From NCBI RefSeq assembly GCF_001194135.2, contig NC_068983.1, positions 143,508,049 through 143,541,831 on the forward strand: a stretch of DNA of 33,783 nucleotides. Direction: 5' to 3'. Under the pieces are notes generated by a model. That model worked only from the letters and a program-made list of their open reading frames with translations. It ran no database searches and was not told where the DNA came from. Source of the DNA: Octopus bimaculoides. Lineage: Eukaryota. The number at the start of each line of letters is the position of its first letter. Positions within the stretch are counted from its first letter, which is position 1. A program made the translations under genes and the position numbers. Positions 11,108 to 23,002 of the stretch are shown piece by piece.

Positions 11108-12628
11108 TATATATATATATATATATATATTTGTAAGAAAGCATTTTCAAGATGTTATCTTATTGATGTGTAATCCGGATTAGAATAAGCAATAAGAAAT
11201 AACAGCAATCAATGAAGACAAATATATGAACAGCAATGGATCTAAAGAACATTAATGGAATCTAAAAATATAAACAAAAACTTAATTAAACAACTAGTTT
11301 GATGTTGTTATATGGGATTAAAAAACAAAAAAAAAACATACTCTGTTGTTGGAATCAGCTGCTCAGTTGATATCAGTGTGGTAAAGCATAAGGAAGGAAG
11401 AAGACAACTGTGGACAGTTAACAAAGAATCTGCAAATTTTGTATCCAATTATTGCAGCTTTATACCAGAAATCTTTTTTTGTTTGGCAGGATATGTGAAG
11501 AGCTATCTGAGCCAAAGTATGATTGAATTTGGGATTCTTGGAGAAAGAACATAAACTTTGCAATTATACATGATCCAAATAGTCACTGTATCTCAGGCAA
11601 TAAAAATCTGCAAGGCCTTAAAATTGAAAGGGCAAATGGCTGTACAAAGGATATTGAAAACAAGACACTTGTATATTTGTTATAACTTTTTTTCAGAGCC
11701 ATGTCACTGAGCAAGTCATTGGTCAAAATAAGCACAAAATTTTTATCAAGAATAGAACAAATAGTTGTATTTATGTGCATTCAATCATGAGTTTATTTGC
11801 TATGCACTGTTAGATAAATTAACTAAGAGAGATCACTGATATTTTTTTTAAAGATTGCAGTTATTTTAACATTTCTTCCCATGTAACATTGTGCCAGTAT
11901 TTCCTAATCCATCATCAGGGCAATCTTTAAAAGTTCACACTACCCAGCAGACTATGCATCTCATCTTTTAGATCAATATCATTTTATCAGTGAAACATAT
12001 ACAACTGGCTTGTTTCTCACAGAAATATATCAATTCTTAAATACAAAGCAAATAATTTAATTTGATAAGATTTATTTCTTTGTATATTTTCTTCATAAGC
12101 TTTGGTTAAACAAAGACACAAGTGTCTTTATTCAGTAGACAAAACTAAAAATTTATTTTTTCTCTTCATGCTACTTCCAGTAATTCGAAAATTTACTGAG
12201 CCAACTCTGTTATAATTATGAGTTGAGAAGATATTCAAGCTTCATTTCCAGGTTTTCAGTTTTAAGTTTCTAATTTATAAAAAACAAACACTTTTCAAAA
12301 TTGAAATTTATAAACTGAAAGAAAATGTTTTTTTTTAAACTGAAATTTAAATTTGAACAAACTTGAAATAGAGTTTAATAATAATAAGAAAGAAATCTCA
12401 GAAATTGGAATTAGAATTTTGAATACTATAACATTTTGTATATGCTGCTGAGGCAGTATTTCCTTAAAACAGCCATCTCTATATCATATTTAAAGTGATG
12501 CATAGATGATATGTTGATAGTTATTTTAGTTAAATACTACCTGAATTGCAGATACAGGATTTTCAATCAGCCAAGCAACTATCTGCAACATCAGTGAATG
12601 TTTTATTCATTTTTTTTTTCTATATCAG

Positions 12629-12663
12629 AGATGATGAATTTTTGTCCAAGCATGTGATTGACT
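12629..12663 (+). other. Candidate 35-nt exon (DDEFLSKHVID)
   Basis: Long polypyrimidine tract ending tatcag, donor ACT|gtgagt, open in one frame. Confidence 0.3.
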
Positions 12664-13327
12664 GTGAGTACATGCCACTGAAAAGCTTCAGAAAGGCTGA
12701 GATGCATCTGGTGTCCTTGTTGGCCACTATTGGGTTGAATTTTCTTCTTTCTCTTATAGTTATTGCCTTTTTTAACACAGCAAATCTATAACAGATGTTA
12801 TTGCAGAACAAATACTACAACTAGTCTTAATGTATTCACAGTGAATATACATAGATTACTACTACATTGTTTTAAAAGACTTGTTTTTTGTTTGTTTTGT
12901 TTTGAAGTACAGAAACAGAAGAGGTAAAAACTGAAAAAATAACAGAATTGTAAAAAAGATGAAGAAATAAACTATAACTTTTTTTAAATTTCAAAACAGA
13001 AAAGAATAAAAGAAAATTTCATCCTGTATATTGCTTATGTCTCAACAAAATAAAGATGTATGCTAATGCAAGAGTGAAGATGGCAAACTTAGAGACATTT
13101 GAACAAATGTTTTTATAATAAGTCATAATAAAATATGTAGTAGCTATTAATTATAAGCTGGGCTTAAATAATTACATCATTCTTTCTTACACCTACCTCT
13201 AACTACCTGTACTAAAGTAATCTCAGTCAAAATCTCATGGAAACATCAATGCTAACAAGTGATTTCAATTGATCAACACAAATATAACATGTATATGCTG
13301 GTCATGTATACGTTCGTCATGTATACA

Positions 13328-13522
13328 TTTGCCACAAGGCCAGCAATTTCAGAGGAGGAGTTAAGATGATTGCATCAACCCAAATGCTCAACTGGTACTT
13401 GATTTGTCAATCCCAAAAGGATGAAACACAAAGCAGAGTTGACCTCATCAAAATTTAAACTCCGAATGTAAAATCATACAAAATGCTGCTAAGCATTTAA
13501 TGATTCTGCTAGCTCATTGCCC
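13328..13522 (-). mobile_element. SINE (second family), degenerate
   Basis: Reverse complement matches 18381-18595 (gagctagcagaatc...gtaccagttgagcattt...aaattgctggccttgtg). Confidence 0.75.
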
Positions 13523-13774
13523 AATAATAATATGTATATATAGACTTATAAAGTGACAAGTATTTAACCAAACTCCTGAAAAGTCTTTATTTTATTGAAA
13601 ATTAATTAAATATCAGCAATCTACCCACTAGAAATATAATCATGAAATTTTTAAACACTTCATTTATTTTCAAGGATACATCCAAAGGGATCACAACAAT
13701 TTCATCACAAAAATTCTGTCACACAAACTTTGAGATATTTAATCAAAAAGATTATTACATAAATTTTTTGATAA

Positions 13775-14008
13775 TACAGTTCTATATTTAAGAGATGAGG
13801 AATTATTTACATTATTTACATTTGACAGATATTTGTCCTCATCTTGTTTATTGTTAACACAACATTTCAGCTGATATACCCTCCAGCCTTCATCAGGTGT
13901 CTTGGGGAAATTTTGAACCTGGGTTCTCATTCCTAAGGTATTTTTCAATGTTGTTGCTATAATTATTATTATCATTAGTATTATTATAACCACTATGCCA
14001 TGTGCCCA
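13775..14008 (-). mobile_element. tRNA-headed SINE-like element with shortened head, (AAT)n linker and hammerhead-like tail
   Basis: Minus strand reads gggcacatggcatagtggtt, (aat)n, caacattgaaaaataccttaggaatgagaacc..., hammerhead motif, then (tgtaaataa)x2. Head and linker are shared with the + copy at 14009-14109. Confidence 0.75.
13856..13901 (-). ncRNA. Minimal type-I hammerhead-ribozyme-like motif (mutated)
   Basis: GACAC CTGATGA A GGCTG GAGGGTATAT CAGCT GAAA TGTT GTGTT: stem I GACAC/GTGTT, core CUGAUGA, stem II GGCUG/CAGCU, GAAA, short stem III (AUGU; ACGU expected). Confidence 0.7.
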
Positions 14009-14109
14009 TGGGCATATGGCATAGTAGTTAAGAGTGCAGGCTACTAACCCCAAGATTTCGAGTTCAATCCCAAGTAGTGACCTGAATAATAATAATAATA
14101 ACATCGAAA
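14009..14109 (+). mobile_element. tRNA-derived SINE head (A and B boxes), same family as 13775-14008, cut by gap
   Basis: A-box-like TGGCATAGTAG and B-box-like GAGTTCAATCC at tRNA-like spacing, then (aat)n aacatcgaaa. Confidence 0.8.
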
Positions 14110-14605
14110 NNNNNNNNNNNNNNNNNNNNNNNNNNNNNNNNNNNNNNNNNNNNNNNNNNNNNNNNNNNNNNNNNNNNNNNNNNNNNNNNNNNNNNNNNNN
14201 NNNNNNNNNNNNNNNNNNNNNNNNNNNNNNNNNNNNNNNNNNNNNNNNNNNNNNNNNNNNNNNNNNNNNNNNNNNNNNNNNNNNNNNNNNNNNNNNNNNN
14301 NNNNNNNNNNNNNNNNNNNNNNNNNNNNNNNNNNNNNNNNNNNNNNNNNNNNNNNNNNNNNNNNNNNNNNNNNNNNNNNNNNNNNNNNNNNNNNNNNNNN
14401 NNNNNNNNNNNNNNNNNNNNNNNNNNNNNNNNNNNNNNNNNNNNNNNNNNNNNNNNNNNNNNNNNNNNNNNNNNNNNNNNNNNNNNNNNNNNNNNNNNNN
14501 NNNNNNNNNNNNNNNNNNNNNNNNNNNNNNNNNNNNNNNNNNNNNNNNNNNNNNNNNNNNNNNNNNNNNNNNNNNNNNNNNNNNNNNNNNNNNNNNNNNN
14601 NNNNN

Positions 14606-14637
<32 letters not shown>

Positions 14638-14715
14638 CCATATATACTCGGCTATAAGTTGCAATTTTTTTTCCTGAAATTTTCACCTAAAATTGGGGTG
14701 CACCTTATAAGTGCA
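14638..14715 (+). mobile_element. Possible terminal fragment of a Tc2/pogo-like MITE
   Basis: ccatatatactcggctataag...aaaattggggtgcaccttata resembles CCGTATATACTCG..TATAAG...GGGGTGCG.CTTATA termini (recalled motif). No second end was found. Confidence 0.4.
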
Positions 14716-14912
14716 TCCTATAAAAAAATCTTCATATATTTTCTAGGTACAAGCCATGTCTGAAGTTCCAACATTTGGAATAAGCTTATTTTGTTAAGTG
14801 GTTAATCCAGTGCTGCTCTCTTGATATCAAGGCAAGGGGTCACAAACACACACACACATATACATGCATCATGAATACATACATACATAAATATGTACGT
14901 ACATACATACAT

Positions 14913-14987
<75 letters not shown>

Positions 14988-15000
14988 TACATACATATAT

Positions 15001-15209
15001 GGTGTCACGCAACTGGTACCCATACTGGTGGCACATAAAAGCACCCATTACACACTTGGACTGGTTGGTCTTAGGAAGGGCATCCAGCTTTAGAAACCAT
15101 GCCAAATCAGACTGGAGTCTGGTGCAGCCCCTCACCTTACCAGCTCTGGTCAAACTGTCCAACCCATGCCAGCATTGACAAATGGACGCTAAATGATGAT
15201 GATGATGAT
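15001..15209 (+). mobile_element. Longer, older RTE-like 3' UTR/tail
   Basis: ggtggcacataaaagcaccc...ttaggaagggcatccagc...gacgctaaat(gat)n. Confidence 0.8.
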
Positions 15210-15311
15210 ACACACACACATATATATAAATTTATGTATATACATAAATGTGTATGTGTATATATGTACGTATGTATGTATGTATGTATGTATGTATGTA
15301 TGTATGTATGT

Positions 15312-15480
15312 ACGATGTGCTCCTTTCAGTTTGCATCTACCAAATCCATTTTTAAAGTTTTGGTCAGCCTGGTGTTGTAGTGAAAGACAGTTGCCCAAGG
15401 GGCCACACAATGGGTCCAAACCTGAAAACTCATGGTCAGGAAGCAAATTCCTCAGCTGCACAGAAATGCCTGCTCCTACT
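15312..15480 (-). mobile_element. tRNA-derived SINE, 5' half, degenerate
   Basis: tcagtttgcatctaccaaatcc...gacagttgcccaaggggccacac matches the reverse complement of 27985-28085. Confidence 0.75.
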
Positions 15481-16107
15481 AAAAATGAGAGATAATAAAA
15501 ATTGAATCTGTACCTTAATTTAAAATTTGAAATTTCCAAAAGATATGATGATTAATAAATAAATAAACAAAATAAAATATCCAGCCACACCTGTTTATAG
15601 AGATAACATTTATTTTGAGTAATACTTTAGTAAATAAATGTTATTTTACTGTATTCAATGTATCTCAGTTTAGTAGAGTAAAGAAAGGGATAACTGTATT
15701 AGAAAGCAAGTGCGAGAGAACAAATAGAGAATGACTGAGTGAGAGAAAGTATATGAAGTAGTGAGAGAATAGAAATACAGAAAGTGAGATAGAAGGTGAG
15801 TAAGAGAGAAGAGGAGGAGAAGGAGAAATAATGAAAGTGAAAAAGGGAAATATTTGGTGTGAAAGAGAGGATGAGAGGGCAACTAAAAAATTATGAGTAA
15901 AAGTGAGATATAGAATAAAAGAGAAAAAGAAATGAAAGAGAACAGACTGAAGGTGGTAGTAATGTTAGAAATAGTACAGAACTAAGCTAAAGCTGTGAGT
16001 CCAAATGGCAATTTTAAAGGGTACCTAACACCCGGATATTTACCTGAACAGCAGGAGTGAAGTGTTTAATCCTTGCCCACATGAAAGGAAGTACATCCTA
16101 TCATACA

Positions 16108-16260
16108 ACTGCTCTGGCAATGAACACGCTCGGACGGTGCTCTTAGCGCTCCACTGGTACAGGTGCCATCACGATTTGACTTTCACTTGCCCCAACAGGT
16201 CTTCGCAAGCCGAGTTTAGTGTCCAATGAAGGAGAGGTTGGCATGGGTGCCAGTCGTCAA
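16108..16260 (-). mobile_element. RTE-like 3' UTR fragment
   Basis: Reverse complement ggcacctgtaccagtggagcgctaagagcacc resembles the ggtggcacataaaagcacc module at 15025. Confidence 0.5.
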
Positions 16261-16279
16261 ATTTAGTTATTTATATATA

Positions 16280-17346
16280 TCTACTACATATGTGGAAAAT
16301 CGGTGTATGTTTGTTTGTGGCATTGTTCGCTAACTCCTCCTACATCGTTTTATTGATCTTGATGAAACTTGACACATGAGTGGAACTCATGTCTGGAAAC
16401 CTCGTGACATACTTAGATTGTTGAAAGATCAATAATACGGCCCCTGGAAGGGACCTTTAATCTACCTCATATAACTTTTTTTTTTTTGCCCCTGTACAAT
16501 ATTTTTTTAAAAACACTCAAGGGAAATAACCCATTTCATTGTTTATGTTCGATTACTTTGAATATTGATTTTTTTTGTGTGTCCTATTTCTAATTTTTGC
16601 AGACAATATTACTTTTATATTTGACACATGAGTAGAACTCATGTCTGGAAGCCTCATGACATACTGTTGAAAAAAATCATGGCATATTATTGAAAAAAAA
16701 TCAATAATAGGGCCCTTCCAATGGATCCTTCTATCTACTACATATTACTAATATTTTTTTAAACAACCTAAGGGAAATAACCCATACCACTTGCAGATTT
16801 TAGCGAAGCAAACAATATTTGATTCTGACGATCAGCTGACCTAATTCTGCATTTCACTACTTACAGTTTTGAAGTGCTAAACATTATTATTGCACTTCCT
16901 TAATTTGAATTTTAAACATTAGAGACTTCATTCATACATTTCTATACATACTTTTTTGAATCTCCATTACTCCGATAATTCTGCATTTTTACAGTCACAC
17001 TTTTTCCATAACAGAAGATAAATTTTTTATTCCACAACATATTTGTAGTGGCTTCATGCAGGCATATCATGGATTCGATTCTCGATTGCCAAATTTCACT
17101 TAGCACTTCAACAGCACTTTTCTCACGGTAAAAGAATAGTTTTTCTGTGAATGACAGCAGTTATACATTTCCCAGATGCCTTCACTAAGCAGAATAATGT
17201 CTTTGCCTCTCACCAACCTCCAACAATCTCTCCCTCCTCCAACTGACAGTTTTTTGTATTTTTCATGACGGAAAATACACCTTTTGTGGTAGTTATAACG
17301 AAATTGCTTTCTTATATCAGAGTAATAAGGCGTTTACACCAGCTAG
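16280..17346 (+). mobile_element. Probable non-autonomous Helitron
   Basis: Begins A|TC (tctactacat), followed by tgtatgtttgtttgt...aactcctcc...ttgatgaaacttg typical of Helitron-N 5' ends. Ends CTAG|T with a small imperfect hairpin (ggcgtttacacc) just upstream. Contains an internal direct repeat of about 165 bp. Confidence 0.5.
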
Positions 17347-17512
17347 TATATATATAGGGGGGGGAGAGAGGCAGGCAAAGCAGACAGGCAGAGACAGACA
17401 AACAAAGACAGAAAGATAATACATCATACATGCATACATAGATATGTGTGTAAGCATATGTTGAAGGAAATTAATAATGCGACAAGAACACAAAATAGTG
17501 AATAGGATAGAT

Positions 17513-18240
17513 CTAAAGCTTAGGTTTGTCATATCTGGTCCAGCATATTCAACTCATCAAGTAAGCAACTTTATTGAAATTATTTTGAAACCACAGTACA
17601 CCTTCATACCAAGTTTCATTCAGGATGGTATTGATTTCTTGTCCTATCTACCCAAAACAACAGAACCAAAATTGTTATTGATTAGCTTTGATGTAGCAAA
17701 CTTCTACACAAATATTCCACACAATTTAGGAATAACACCATTCAGATATTCGGCTGTAAAACACAGAGGTTATTTCCAGTAGATTTCCCCTGGACTTCAT
17801 ATCAGACACATATCCTAGTCTGGAGAGTAATATTCTTTGTCAATGGGAAAAATTATCTGCAGATAAGAGGTACTGCCATGGGAATCAAATTTGCTCCAGT
17901 TTATATGAACTCAGTAATAGCTATTTGGAACTAAAACTGTAGAAAAAAGCAGAGAACAACTGTGATAATGATTTTAGCAGATATACAGAGAGCATGTGGA
18001 AAGCATTTCTTTTGACAATTGTTTCAGATTTGGAGAATTTATACCAAGCCCCGAAACTTACAAAGGAAATGAGTGCCACAAAATTACCATTTCTCAACAT
18101 AATAATAATTAAAAATGACACCAGTGTCCAAACAGTTATATATTATAAAGACACAGACACGTATTAATACCTGGCTCAGTAGACAACACACTTTGAGCAG
18201 CAGTATCCTTCCAATAAGCAGTTACTAGACTTTGGAAATT
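17513..18240 (+). pseudogene. Penelope-like element reverse transcriptase fragment
   Basis: LRFVISGPAYSTHQVSNFIEIILKP; ISFDVANFYTNIPHNLG; YLQIRGTAMGIKFAPVY; KLPFLNIIIIKN..VIYYKDTDT. These are PLE-type RT motifs (FDV..LYT, GTAMG, LPFLD, YYK.TDT) with frameshifts and stops. Confidence 0.9.
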
Positions 18241-18380
18241 ACAGGTTAGAGTGTGAGTGGGAGCTGTATAGGTGTGTGCTTGCATCTATTGTAACATGCA
18301 AGGTTTGAAGTGACATCTAAATATGAGTAGCTAATTTTGACATTATGATGATTAAAGAGTTTACAATATTTCTGGGTTTT

Positions 18381-18600
18381 AAGGTGGAGAGCTGGCAGAA
18401 TTGTTAGTTTGCTAGGCAAAGTGCTTAGTGATATTTCATCCAGCTATATGTTCTGAATTCAAATTCTGCCAAAGTCGACTTTACCTTTCACTCTCTCAGG
18501 GTCAATAAAATAAGTACCAGTTGATCACTGGGCTTGATGTAATTGACTTACTCACTCCTCCGAAATTGCTGGCCTTGTGCCAAAATTTGAAACCAATATT
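18381..18600 (+). mobile_element. SINE (second family), near complete
   Basis: aaggtggagagctggcagaa...ttcaaattctgccaaagtcgactttacctttc...aagtaccag...aaattgctggccttgtgccaaaatttgaaacc. Confidence 0.8.
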
Positions 18601-18697
18601 TCTGGGTTCTTGGGAAATGCTTTTTAGTTAGCATCGAGAAGCTCCCAGCCATATTAGGGTTCTAAAAACTTCTAGAGAATTAAACCTGATTCTTCTT

Positions 18698-18700
18698 CTT

Positions 18701-18782
<82 letters not shown>
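18698..18782. repeat. (CT)n microsatellite
   Basis: Directly visible. Confidence 0.95.
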
Positions 18783-18785
<3 letters not shown>

Positions 18786-19057
18786 AACTTCAGAATAGGC
18801 TTCTCAAAACTTACAAGAAAAACTTGTTGATGTATTTTTAATTATCACAAAAGTTTGCTGAACATAAAAGCTTACGATGACAATGTTACAACCATGAGAG
18901 AAAGAATGAAACTTAACCGGTGATATGTCTAGAGTGCTTAATACCAAAATGCTAGCTATCCAGGCAATATATTATGAAAAGTAAATGAAATACATTGTTT
19001 AATACTAATAACTGTTCTGTATGGCTTTATTCATTTTTCATTCACACACACATGCGT

Positions 19058-19113
<56 letters not shown>

Positions 19114-20724
19114 ACACAGAGGCATGGTGATGTATATACCATCAGCATCATCATTTTACATCTGCACCAGTATCATCATCTTAAATACTGATATGAGTTG
19201 CACAGATTGTCATGGTCTAAGTCAGTGCATATTCAGTGTTGTTGTTCTTTAAGATGGGTTAAAGGATCATGCCTCACTCACACATTCCATTTGTATTGGA
19301 CACCCTTTCTAACACTAGCCACTTTACAGAGTGTAGTGGGTGTGTTTTATCATTGCACCAACACTAGAGAGGTTTGCTTGTACCTTGTACCCTGCACAAC
19401 TGAAAGAGTTATCATTGCCTTATGTTGTCTCTGTTCATTCAAAGCAATTTGACTGAGTGAATAAATATAAGAGAGAATGATGACAAACATTGAACTAGAG
19501 TGAGAGGGTGAGAGAAGCAGAAATATGGCGGAAGAAATATGAATTGGGTTAAAAGGTGGTAGAGGAGAGAGTAATGGAGAAGACTGTCCCAGAGAGAATA
19601 TGGGAGTGGTGGGTGACTACAGTTATAGCAGGGTGTAATGGGAGAGACACAATGATGGCAACTGTATAATTGCTGATAAAAGAGAGAACGAGTGAGGAAT
19701 AGCTATAGAGATAAATGATGGTATAAGTAGAATAATGGTTATCAGTAAAGAGTGTCCTGGAAGAAAAAGAGTCATGGCTAACATACAGAAGGATGAAGAT
19801 GGGAGTGTATGGAAATGAAGAGATCCAATACAGTCCTTCTCTCTTATAGATTGTGTTGGCAGATATGATTATATGTTCAATCCCCACTACTGCCATTCCT
19901 ATCTCTCCACTCCTACTCTCTCTCCTTATTTCCCTCCCTCCATCATGCTATGTGTAAAACGGAAAGAGCAAGAGTGATAGGCATGGTGAGGGGAGATAAA
20001 TTACTGGTAGATATATTGGTGTCCCGCATTTTGTAAGCTGTATGGTTCAGTGAATAGGAAAGAAGGTGAACTGAGAGAGGGTGAGTGACAGAGGGGTGAA
20101 AAGATATCAAAAAGATTGGGGAGGCAGCAGATGGGGGCTTAGCATGTACATAATGGCTGAAAGACTCAAATCTAGATATATTCATTACAATGTCTGTGTG
20201 TGCATATGAATGTATGTACAATGTATAAACGTGCATGTGTTCATATATCTATGCTGTGCCTCAAGAAGGAGCTAACAATGGACTGTGATGGCTGATGTTA
20301 AGCAATGCTGGATAAGACTTATTCAGTCAAGCAAGTATGGCAAAGCAAACATTAAAATTGTGGTATTTTGTTTTACCAGGCTTCCATGGGTTGCTGAATT
20401 TTATACAGCATTGTGTATTGCCAACTGTCACAACATTTATCTATACACACACATGCACACACACACACACACATGCATACACACACATACATACACACAA
20501 ACACACATACACACACACAAACACACACACATGCATGCACACAAATGCACATATGCATGCACACATACACACATACGCACATATGCACACACACACACAT
20601 CTATTAACACAGTTATACATACATGCACCTATGTACCATACATGCATCCATATATCATCATCATCATCACCATCACCATCATCAATTACTGTTCACTTTT
20701 CAATGCTTGCATGGGTCATAAATA

Positions 20725-20758
<34 letters not shown>

Positions 20759-20763
<5 letters not shown>

Positions 20764-20890
20764 CTGCCAAATTAGACTGGAGCCTGGTGTTGCCATCCGG
20801 TTTCACCAGTCCTCAGTCAAATCGTCCAACCCATGCTAGCATGGAAAGCGGACGTTAAACGATGATGATGATGATGATGATGATGATGAT
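20759..20890 (+). mobile_element. Young RTE-like 3' tail, tail-to-tail with a second copy at 20957-20991 (-)
   Basis: Near identity to 3005-3136. The second copy is cut by a gap. Confidence 0.85.
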
Positions 20891-21267
20891 ATATATATAT
20901 GTATGTATGTATTATATTGTCGACTAATGTATTCCAGGTTATGGTGAATATATATATATCATCATCATCATCATCATCGTTTAACGTCCGCNNNNNNNNN
21001 NNNNNNNNNNNNNNNNNNNNNNNNNNNNNNNNNNNNNNNNNNNNNNNNNNNNNNNNNNNNNNNNNNNNNNNNNNNNNNNNNNNNNNNNNNNNNNNNNNNN
21101 NNNNNNNNNNNNNNNNNNNNNNNNNNNNNNNNNNNNNNNNNNNNNNNNNNNNNNNNNNNNNNNNNNNNNNNNNNNNNNNNNNNNNNNNNNNNNNNNNNNN
21201 NNNNNNNNNNNNNNNNNNNNNNNNNNNNNNNNNNNNNNNNNNNNNNNNNNNNNNNNNNNNNNNNNNN

Positions 21268-21313
<46 letters not shown>

Positions 21314-21648
21314 TGTGTGTGTGTTTGTTTGCAGTTTTCGGCATAACTTAATTTCGAATATAAGAAACAAAAAGGCATAAAAAGAAACAAGCAGATACAT
21401 CTTCATATTCGATTTATAAGAAATGACCAACAACTGACTCCCAGTCATCCATAGTCGATGACCAGGTTATAGATAGACGTACAACAAAGTAGCTTTCATA
21501 CCCAAGAGAAACAATACTACTACAAACTATAACTGAATATAACAGTATGTGGAGTGTTTTAAATAGCTAACATGATTCTCCCTCTGTAATTGTATATGTG
21601 TTTTTGTGTAGTTGTGCATGTGTATGTGTGTGCGTGTGTGTGTGTGTG

Positions 21649-21702
<54 letters not shown>

Positions 21703-21961
21703 TGCTTGTGCATGCATGTGTTTCTGCGTGTATTAAACAAGTTTCCAGATCAATTTTATGCTGACTGTTGGTTTTCGTTTATTCTCTCCTTCTCTACCCT
21801 GCCTCACCACACTCTTTCTCCCTGTTTCTCCATCTCCCTTTCTTTCTCTCTCCCATCCCCTCCTTTCCCCTTCCCTCTCTTTCTCTCTCTCCCTCATCCT
21901 TGTCTCTCTTTCCTTCCCCTTCCACCTCTCTCTCTCTCTCTCTCTTTTTGTGCATACAAAT

Positions 21962-21993
<32 letters not shown>

Positions 21994-22306
21994 GTATCCC
22001 TTCCTCCTGTCCTCCCTCTCATTCTATTTCTGTATTCTTTCCCTTTCTCATTTCTCATTTCATCTAGCTACCACAAACCAAGACCAGGCTGGAGCCCACC
22101 TTCACAGATGACTTCTGTGTTATCATAGTGTGTATCAGGAACCACAGCTTTTGTTGCATTTTCGGTATACGTGGCATCTCCCCTTGGTGATTTAACAAAC
22201 TGGTACAGGCTGCACTCCCTTGGCTAAATCCTTGATACATTTCAGATAAATTATGTATCTAGGTAATATACTTTAAAAGTGCCATGAGAAAGTGTGGTTG
22301 AATATA

Positions 22307-22390
<84 letters not shown>

Positions 22391-22820
22391 TGTGGCACAG
22401 GTTTTTCAGTCCCATTGCATGGTTCTTTAGACAAGTGTCTTCAACTATTGTCTCTGCCTGACCAAACTCTGGTAGATGGAAACTGAAAGGAATCCATATG
22501 TGTATGTGTGTGCACATGTGTGTGTGTGTGTGTTCACATGTGTGTGTGTGTGTGTGTTCAGATGTGTGTGTGTGTTCACATGTGTGTGTGTGTTCACATG
22601 TGTGTATGTCTGTGTGTCTGTGTCTGTGTGTGTCTGTGTGTGTTTGTCCCGCGCCACCATTTGACAACCAGTGTTGGTGTGTATATGTACTCAGACCAAC
22701 AGAATAAGTATCAGGCTTAGAAAAATAAGGTTGATGTGTTCAGCTAAAATTCTTCAAGGTGGTGCCCCAGCATGGCCACAGTCTAAATGACTGAGGCGCA
22801 TAAAAGATAACAGATAAAAG
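22391..22820 (+). mobile_element. tRNA-derived SINE with expanded internal (TG)n region
   Basis: tcagtcccattgcatgg...caagtgtcttc...gatggaaactgaaag then (tg)n then ttgacaaccagtgttgg...ccccagcatggccacagtc. Confidence 0.8.
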
Positions 22821-23002
22821 TTATATATATAATCTATCTTTTTATTTTCAATTTATTAGACCATGGGAATGTAGTCAACCCCAGTACTTGTTTTTAAACC
22901 TGGTACATATTTTGTTGATCCCTTTTTGCCAAACTGCAAAAGGAGATTGATTGTTTATGTTCATTTGACATAAACAAAACAACACCAATTACCCAGTGGT
23001 GG

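Noticed and set aside
12629-12740. Resemblance of DDEFLSKHVIDCE to C9orf72 (EITFLANHTLNGE)
   Set aside because: Too short and weak, and neighbouring candidate exons do not fit; no gene symbol assigned.
14010-14075. Functional tRNA gene
   Set aside because: A/B boxes are present, but I could not build a convincing cloverleaf, and it continues into a SINE body duplicated next to it.
13739-14686. Long ORFs with X runs (also 20817-21448, 22961-23497, 29295-29774, 32321-32721)
   Set aside because: Their length comes from N gaps.
18995-22720. Many ORFs rich in HT, CV, YI or SL dipeptides (also at 83-274, 14802-15495, 29295-29900, 32067-33657)
   Set aside because: They are translations of (CA)n, (TG)n, (TA)n and (CT)n microsatellites, which lack stops in some frames.
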